From positions 35,836,001 to 35,900,000 of the forward strand of contig OX597818.1 of the NCBI GenBank assembly GCA_951406725.2: 64,000 bases of DNA, given 5' to 3'. The position numbers were made by a program, and so were the translations under genes. Under the pieces are notes generated by a model. That model ran no database searches and was not told where the DNA came from. It worked only from the letters and a program-made list of their open reading frames with translations. Below, piece after piece: positions 55,732 through 64,000 of this stretch. How positions within the stretch are numbered: position 1 is the first letter of the stretch; each line of letters begins with the position of its first letter. Source of the DNA: Octopus vulgaris. Lineage: Eukaryota.

Positions 55732-56267
55732 GAGTGAGAGAGCAGTGCATGCCATCAAAGTGACACAGGGGTAAAATATACGAAGCCCAGTATACCCATC
55801 ATGACTACCCGTCTGATAAGGGTAGACCAGGCACATGCATCACAACCATATGTGCGCGACATGATGATCTCATAACAAGATAAATAGCACATAACCTTGT
55901 AGGTGGGGCCCAGTTAGAAATTTCTTCTGGTCGAGTAACCCATCCTGGTCAAAAGGTTCCTGAGTAAGGGTTGTTTAAGGATGTTGAACGAAACACCCAT
56001 GTTTCCAGAGGTGAATTATTCAAACCCCAAAGAATCCCTCTCAACACATGGCTATGATACTCCCCCACTACTTCTGCTCGTGATCAGAGATGCACATATC
56101 GTCAGCCACTAAGGGACATGCTCAACTGGTTATGGTCAAACAATTGACAAGCAAATCTGTGGTATTGAGCAGAATATTTGCTGTAGCCCGTCTTTTATAC
56201 CTGATAACACTTCCAATCAGTTAAGATCAGAAGCCATGAGAACCACTGCCTGGTACTGCATCAGGAC

Positions 56268-56269
<2 letters not shown>
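55731..56269 (-). mobile_element. Family F element, apparently full length (~540 bp) in (TAA)n
   Basis: (TTA)n at 55679-55731 and 56270-56347; strand inferred from the TAA tail. Confidence 0.85.
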
Positions 56270-56348
<79 letters not shown>

Positions 56349-56861
56349 TTATCACAATCGTCGTTGTCGTTGTTGGTGGTGGTGGTGAAGAATGATTTCT
56401 TTTATTAGCCACAAGGGCATATATGAGGGTGACATCACAAGGAATGTCAGCAATTTCTGTGGGGGCTTGCATAAAAGACGAAAAGAAAAAGACAGAAAGG
56501 GCGGCGAAATGCGTGTAAAGTATGTAAGAACAAGAATTTTGCATTCCTCCTGATACAGGAGAAACTCTAAATAGGGCCTATCAAAGAATCCCCCATACCC
56601 AAAATTTCCCTGATTATCAACGAAAGCACGAACCCTCTCTCAACTGGTGTTCCCTGTCTACAGGCGTGTGCTTTGAACAGAGCCATTAATCCAAAAGGCG
56701 AGCTGGCAGAATCCTTAGAATGTGGGACAAAATACTTAGTAGCATTTCTTCCGACTCTTTACATTCTGAGATCAAATAACACCAAGGTCAATTGAAGCAC
56801 TCATAGAACACGGGGATCAATGTATTCGAATTAAATCTCTCTCTCTAAAATTACTGTTTGA

Positions 56862-57106
56862 TCCTTCTCGAGCTATGCCTGGCTCATAAGGACCGGTCCG
56901 TTGCAGGTGAGCTGCAAGATACAGGAGGAAAGAGTGAGAGAAAGTTGTGGCAAAAGAGTCAGCAGAAAATCGCCATTACCTTCTGTCGGAGCCGCGTGAA
57001 TCTTAGGCGTTTCGCTTATAAACACACACATCGCCCGGTCTGAGATTTGAACCCGCGATCTCTCGACCGCGAGTCCGCTGCTTTAACCACTAGGCCATGT
57101 GCCTCA
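56862..57106 (-). mobile_element. SINE head 1 + tail Y (internal deletion)
   Basis: Match to 28320-28622. Confidence 0.85.
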
Positions 57107-58263
57107 CCTAAAATTGCTGACTTAATGCCAAAATTTGGTACTATCATTGTTGTTGACGTTTTGTTATTGTATTTGCAAGGGACTGACGACCATTTAGAGC
57201 TCATGGTTATTGTTGAATTTTGTTGTTGCGGACAGACTTACCTTGATTTTTGTTACACCATCATGGCAATGAGCCAACCAGTATCATATGAGGCTGGTTG
57301 ATTTAGTGAGGTTTCTTCGTTTTTTGCCCTTTCGGTGCGTAATTTATGCTTATGATTTGTACCATTTAGCCGTTTACGAAAAATAAACAAGTAAACACAT
57401 ATCGGCAAATGTTTTTGCATACTGTTAAGGGAGTGAGACAAAATATTATAAGAGCTAAAGCGCCAACGTATCGCCCACGAGTACTTCCACCAATGTCGGC
57501 CGAGAGAACAACAACAACAACAACAACAACAACAGCAGCTGTAGTAACAGCAATGACATCAGGGTAAATGAAAAGATCAAAAGCAACAACAGGAGAAATG
57601 AAAACAAACAAGAAAAAAATATAGAACAGAAAAACAAAAAAAGAACTCTCCTTTCAACGCACCTGCACATTCTTCTGCTTCTGTCACCACCAACATCATT
57701 AACGCAGGTAAGTACAATGAAAACACTTCAACTACCAATCTAGCGTTGGCGGGTTCGACAAATAGAAGAAATTAGTTTAGCGTTGGAAGAATTTGAAAAT
57801 GGGTTAAAATCTTTTTACAAGGTCTGGGCGAAATGTTGCACTCAACATTCCGGAATCTGTCTGGCATCAAACCAGCCGCAGAACTGCGAAATACAAAAAA
57901 GTTAGTTAGAAAGAAAAAAAAAAGAAAAAAAACACACAAAAAAGCAGGAAAATAGAGCAAGTGACACGATAGCAGATTGCAAAGTGCCTGGGACCAATCT
58001 GGAGCATTAAAACATACGTCGGCAAGGGGAAAAGTTTGGCACAATACAGGTGAGAGTCTCTTCAGTGGATGAGGCGAGGAAGTAATCCATAACAATTCTT
58101 AGGAACTGGTCCTCTCCAAATCTACATAGGCCTTAGAGAAGTAAAAATAAAAAATAGTTGACGTGCAGTAACAGCAGCAGCGCCGAGTGTAATATCAGAT
58201 AGAAGCAGCACCATTACCACCAAACCACCACCATCATCATTACCACCACCACCAACAACAACA

Positions 58264-58457
58264 ACTCTTTTACTTCTTTCAGTCATTTGACTGCGGCCAC
58301 GCTGGAGCACCGCCTTTAGTCGAGCAAATCGACCCCAGGACATTCTTTGTAAGCCTAGTACTTATTCTATCGGTCTCTTTTGCCGAACAGCTAAGTTACG
58401 GGGACGTAAACACACCACCATCGGTTGTCAAACACTAACATACAAACATACACACAT

Positions 58458-58532
<75 letters not shown>

Positions 58533-58690
58533 TAGATATACGACGAGCTTCTTTCAGTTTCCGTCTACCAAATCTACTCACAAGTAGAAGACACTTGCTC
58601 AAGGTGCCACGCAGTGGGACTGAACGTAGAACCATGTGGTTCGTAAGCAAGCTACTTACCACACAATCACACAACCACTCCTACGCCTAT
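58264..58690 (-). mobile_element. SINE family A with internal (GATA)n
   Basis: Standard flanks; internal repeat is GATA. Confidence 0.88.
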
Positions 58691-59029
58691 GTGAAAACTG
58701 TGAAAATCGACTGTTTTAAATCAACAGAAAATACACCACAAGCAAACAAAAAATATGTCAACTACAGAACAATATTCAAAAGCACCCGGCAAGACATACT
58801 TCCTTCCCGACTCTCACCATACAGGAATGTCGTGTGAAGACAGAGACAGGGAGGACACGAGACGCCAGACAGCAACAAATGGAGTAAAAAGAAACTAAAT
58901 TTTTCCACCAAAAGAAGAAAAAAACCAGACGATACGAAGAAATGTTGGGGGTGCTTTTAAGTAACCATGTAGAAACAGCTATACTAGTCCTATCAATACC
59001 ATCATCTTCATCAACACCATCTCCATCGC

Positions 59030-59540
59030 CAACATGCGATACATGAAAAACCTCATGCGATACATGAAAAACCGGACTTGGATGGGCCCTGATCTACTTA
59101 GATCGGTCAAAAGCTTTCGAAAGGGTCGATCACTATTATCTAGTAGCTGTTCTCATGGCAACTAGCTTCGCTCCCGCCTTCTACTGTTGGATTGCCACAA
59201 TATACAGCGATATCTGCTCGGTGGTCAGGGTAAATTATCTCCTGTTGGAACCATACAGTAATATGTGCTCTGACCGTCAAAGTTGTCCCCTCTCGAATCT
59301 TCTGTATGTACTGACTCTAAAGACACTATTGCGGAAACTAGAAGCGATGAAGAGCATCTCGCATAACTAATACGTGGAAGGACCGAGTCAGAATACGTCA
59401 TTGTGCTAGATACCAAGCATATTCAAGGTAACCAGTATTGCTCTAAAGGGACTACGACAAGGTGACAGTAGAAAAAAACTCAGCGAAGAAAAGTCAGTAG
59501 GTCTTCTGCACTTACCTTTGGCGATGTGCGTCCAAGCATA
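59030..59540 (+). mobile_element. Tx1/L1-clade LINE RT fragment
   Basis: LIYLDRSKAFERVDH.YL..WIATIY..VRVN..RQSCPLSNLLY. Confidence 0.8.
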
Positions 59541-59567
59541 ATGTTCTGTACTAATGAGGTCATTAGT

Positions 59568-59955
59568 GGATGGAAGCACTCCGTCGGTTACGACGATGAG
59601 GGTTCCGGTTGATCCGAATCAACGGAACAGCCTGCTCGTGAAATTAACGTGTAAGTGGCTGAGCACTCCACAGACACGTGTACCCTTAACGTAGTTCTCG
59701 GGGATATTCAGCGTGACACAGAGAGTGACAAGGCCGGCCCTTTGAAATACAGGTACAACAGAAACAGGAAGTAAGAGTGAGAGAAAGTTGTGGTGAAAGA
59801 GTACAGCAGGGATCACCACCATCCCCTGCCGGAGCCTCGTGGAGCTTTAGGTGTTTTCGCTCAATAAACACTCACAACGCCCGGTCTGGGAATCGAAACC
59901 GCAATCCTATGACCGCGAGTCCGCTGCCCTAACCACTGGGCCATTGCGCCTCCAC
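59568..59955 (-). mobile_element. Young SINE (head 1 + tail X) with TSD
   Basis: Near-identical to 53556-53945; GAGGTCATT at 59556-59564 and 59956-59964. Confidence 0.93.
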
Positions 59956-60613
59956 GAGGTCATTGGTACTGCTGCTATCGTTAGGAAATTTTGTAAGTGT
60001 TATGAATAAATTCAGACGATAGTTCCCTCACGACAATGGTATAACAATGGTTAAGCATTCTAGTGTCTGTCTGCTGGGTGTTTTCAAGGTTAAACTGAAG
60101 AGGTTGTTACCGTTGCCGTTGACGTCATTGCTTTATTTTTTTGTTATTAAAATACCTTGTTTATGCAATTGTTTCTAGCCCATCTTGTTTTATGACAAAA
60201 TTTGGAGTGATGACGAGATTTAGATAACTGTAATAAAATCTAAATTTTACTAACACCAAAAGCAGCAAAAACTAACCATGTGCATATAACATGTAATTAG
60301 CTTAGTAAACAAAAAAATAGTTATTTATACGAAAATATATAATTAGGAATACTCAGCCATAATTTACCGAACGAAATAACGTCGGTTACGAGTAAATAAA
60401 AATAAGAAAAAAAAAAGAGAATATTTTTGGTGCAATGAATGTAATTAAAATTCCAGTAAAATTAACGTGTATTAATATTCGAGTTTAGCCGCAAATAATC
60501 TATAGTTTTCATCTAATCCACTGAATAATATGGAAAACAGTAAAACTTCAAAGAGAAAAAAATATATCATGGCGCCCAAAATGACAGGTTTTAGCTGTTG
60601 CAAAGACGAATAA

Positions 60614-60675
<62 letters not shown>

Positions 60676-60678
<3 letters not shown>

Positions 60679-61338
60679 CTGTAATCTCATGACCGTGGCT
60701 CTCATGGCTTCTGATCTTAACTGATTGGAACTGTTAACATGTATACTGTTTTGTGTTGGTATAAAAGATGGGCTACAACAAATATTCTGCTCAATACCAC
60801 AGATTTGCTTGTTAGTTGTTTGACCTTAACCAGTTGAGCATGTCTCTTGGCGGCCGACGATATGTGCATCTCTGATCACGCACAGAAATAGTGGTGGAGC
60901 ATCATAGCCACGTGTTGAGAGAAATTCTTTAGGCCTTAACCAGTTGACCATGTCCCTTGGTGACTGACGATATGTACATCTCTGATCATGAGCAGAAGTT
61001 GTTGGGGAGCATCATAGCCGTATGTTGAATGGAATTCTTAGAGGTTTGGATAATTCACCTTTGGAAACATGGGTGGTTCGTTCAACATCCTTAAATAATC
61101 CTTATTCAGGGACCTTTTGAGCGGGATGAGCTACTCGACCAGAAGAAAATTCTAACTGAGCCCCACCAGCAAGGTCATGCGCTGTTTATCTTGATATGAG
61201 ATCACCATGTCGCGCACATATGGTTGCGATGCATGTGCCTGGTGTACCCTTATCAGACGGGTAGTCATGATGGGTATACTGGGCTTCGTATATTTTACCC
61301 CTGTGTCACTTTGATGACATGCACTGCTCTCTCACTCA
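60676..61338 (+). mobile_element. Family F element with internal ~110-bp duplication, in (TAA)n
   Basis: (TAA)n at 60618-60676 and 61339-61405; reverse complement of the 55731 copy. Confidence 0.88.
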
Positions 61339-61347
61339 ATAAATAAT

Positions 61348-61404
<57 letters not shown>

Positions 61405-61832
61405 TCTAAAGATCAGAATCTGACCGACTTTTGTTTATCATTGGCACAAAGGTAGCATAAGATTAAAATAAAGTGATAATTTAGGCCACTGGTTTTAATC
61501 TTTTTGATTGTGTGGCGCATTAAAGATCAAACAAAAGTTATTGGCGCGCTTCCTATGGAAAGTTAAAACTTCAGGAAAAAACAAATATATGCAAAAACCT
61601 CTTGATTACCTTAGTTTGTTAATCTGTGTATAGCAAAATTGTGAACAACACGTTTTTCAAGACAAACAGCAATTACTATGGGTGTTCCGAAGCTTTAAAT
61701 TGTATATATGTATTATATTTTATATCAGCACTGTATCATGACATTGCTTATATCATAACTGATTTAGGACAAAGGATGATCTCAACTGGTACGCTTTCCT
61801 TCCCTATTTTATTCTGTCGCTTTTGTTTGTGC

Positions 61833-61866
<34 letters not shown>

Positions 61867-62517
61867 GCACTTTCCTCCTTCTCAAACAGTATTTAGGTTA
61901 TGTGTATATCTTTCCTTAAGTCATTTTAAAAGTTATCTCTAGTGGTTTTCTATTGAAATTAGAGCCAGCATTGAAAGTTAAGACGTTTCGTATACGAATA
62001 CGTCTATGTAAACAATGCGAGCGAACATAGTAAAACATGTAATTGGTGTATATGCATATTTCAGGAATTCTTGCTCCTTCTTCAGTATCACATTCATTAA
62101 CGATCCATGGACATATTGCTTAAATAGCCACTAAATTTAGTGGTGTAACACAGTTGGATATATTAATTCTACATATTAAACAACCGTGGCAAATGGTTTA
62201 AGTATATTGTGTCTTTGTATGTAAAGAAATATTATTTCACCCCTCTCTCAGCGTAGCACTTAGAGCACGAATCTTATATGAATGCATTTCACACGCACAC
62301 CAACACACACGCACAAAAACATGCACACAGATATATATGTCTAGGTGTGTGTGTGTGTATGTGTGTGTCTGCGTGCATGTGTGTGTATATGTATGCGTAC
62401 ATTTTGTGGAAGTGATCTGCCCACTTGAAAACCATGCGATAAGAAACATACAAGAATGTATGGATGCCCAAGAGAGGTTTCGAAATATAATAATAAAATA
62501 TATTTTCAACTTCTCGT

Positions 62518-62830
62518 ACAAGGCTTTGGTCGGCGCGACGCTGTAGTAGAAGACACTTGCCCAGGGTGCCACAGAGTGGGACTGAACCTGGAATCACGTG
62601 GTTTGGAAGCAAGCTTCTTAACACACAGCCACGACAGACACCGTACTGCTTAGAGAAATGGTGTCGGCAATCGGTCAGTGTGTTTGCTTTTACAAGGCTT
62701 TGGTCGGCTTTGGTCACAAGACTGGTCGGCGCGGGGCTAAAGTAGAAGACACTTGCCCAAGGTGCCACAGAATGGAACTGAACCCGGAACCACATGGTTG
62801 GGAAGAAAGCTTCTTACCACACAGCCACGA
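62518..62830 (-). mobile_element. Two tandem SINE family A 5' halves
   Basis: GTAGAAGACACTTGCCCA..GACTGAACC.GGAA repeated. Confidence 0.8.
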
Positions 62831-62870
62831 TTTGTTTTACTATTATTACATTCGCTTTGTCTTCTATATA

Positions 62871-63025
62871 TACATGGGTTGGACAAAATAATGGAAACAT
62901 CTTAAAATTTCAAACAAATTTATTTGAATGTGAAATAGGAACGCCTTTGGCAGTAATGACAGTTTGAATTCCACGAGGTATGGACTCGTACAAAGTTTGA
63001 ATTGTTTCCAAAGGAATTTTTGTCC
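62871..63025 (-). mobile_element. Tc1-like transposon right end
   Basis: Minus strand KIPLETIQTLYESIPRGIQTVITAKG; TA-CATGGGTTGGACAAAATAATGGAAAC TIR-like end. Confidence 0.8.
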
Positions 63026-63757
63026 AGGATGACAGGCAAAGTCGACCTCGGCGGAATTGAACTCAGAACGTAGCTGCAGACGAAATACCGCCCAGCACAT
63101 TCCCCCGGCGTGCTAACGTTTCTTATTTCTTTACTCCCCACAAGGGGCTAAACCCAGAGAGGACAAACAAGGACAGACAAACGGATTAAATCGATTATAT
63201 CGACCCCAGTGCGTAACTGGTACTTAATTAATCGACCCCGAAAGGATGAAAGGCAAAGTCGACCTCGGAGGAATTTGAACTCAGAACGTAGATGCAGACG
63301 AAATACCGTCCAGCACTTCGCTTGGCGTGTTAACGTTTCTTATTTCTTTATTACCCACAAGGGGTTAAACATAGAGGGGATAAACAAGGACAGACAAAGG
63401 GATTACGTCGATTACATCGACCCCAGTGCGTAAATGGTACTTAATTTATCGACCCCGAAAGGATGAAAGGCAAAGTCGACCTCGGTGGAAACTGAACTCA
63501 GAACGTAGCGGCAGACGAAATACCAATTTCTTTACTACCCACAAGGGACTAAACACAGAGGAGACAAACAAGGACAGACACACGGATTAAGTCGATTATA
63601 TCGATCCAGTGCGTAACTGGTACTTATTTAATCGACCCCGGAAGGATGAAAAGCAAAGTCGACCTCGGCGGAATTTGAACTCAGAACGTAGAGACAGACG
63701 AAATACCGCTAAGCATTTCACCAAGCGTGCAAACGATTCTGCCAGCTCACCGCCTTC
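63026..63757 (-). mobile_element. MetaSINE tandem tetramer
   Basis: Four CAAAGTCGACCTCGG domains at ~200-bp spacing. Confidence 0.9.
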
Positions 63758-63830
63758 CATATATCTATATCCATATCTCTGTGTGTATGTGTATGCGTAT
63801 ATGTGTGTGAGTGTGAGTGTGTGTGTGGGG

Positions 63831-63865
<35 letters not shown>

Positions 63866-64000
63866 CTACACTTGGAAGATTGCAACAATGGAACAACTAA
63901 ACTACTGGGAAAAACTGAAAGAGCTATCATTCTTCTCCCTTGAGCGAAGACTGGAGGGGTATAAGTGATATATGTATGTAAGACCCTGACGAGACTGGTA
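63866..64000 (+). mobile_element. CR1-clade LINE fragment (runs off the window)
   Basis: TWKIATMEQLNYWEKLKELSFFSLERRLE. Confidence 0.8.

Noticed and set aside
56215-56269. HDV-like ribozyme at the inferred 5' end of family F
   Set aside because: Only a simple hairpin visible; nested pseudoknot could not be built by eye
63026-63757. CRISPR-like regularly spaced repeats
   Set aside because: Whole ~200-bp units repeat (SINE multimer); no unique spacers or cas genes; eukaryotic context
63986-63993. CTGACGAG hammerhead core
   Set aside because: Lies within CR1 coding sequence and is cut by the window edge

Overview
AT-rich, microsatellite-saturated animal DNA that is almost entirely transposon-derived. 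The SINE families resemble those I recall from octopus/coleoid cephalopods (inference, not a database result). No convincing host protein-coding exon, tRNA, rRNA or CRISPR is visible, so this is probably intronic or intergenic, and nearly all long ORFs in the track are microsatellite translations. Recognisable content: three different R4/Dong-clade RLE non-LTR retrotransposon families (one 2.7 kb with its RT-CCHC-REL frame nearly intact); Penelope-like fragments; RTE, CR1 and Tx1 LINE fragments; mariner, Tc1, Tc2-like, pogo-like and piggyBac-like DNA elements; about 40 tRNA-derived SINE copies; a ~2.7 kb (TA)n tract; and a 100-N gap. Most interesting: (1) several families of minimal hammerhead-ribozyme-like motifs, including a 3-copy ~200-nt element always embedded in (TA)n; (2) retroelements partitioned by microsatellite target, with Dong plus a ~540-nt non-coding partner in (TAA)n and a separate R4 family in (CATA)n; (3) SINE head/tail shuffling and SINE dimers that moved as units; (4) three long fold-back hairpins. 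Coordinates were read by eye and degenerate boundaries are approximate.
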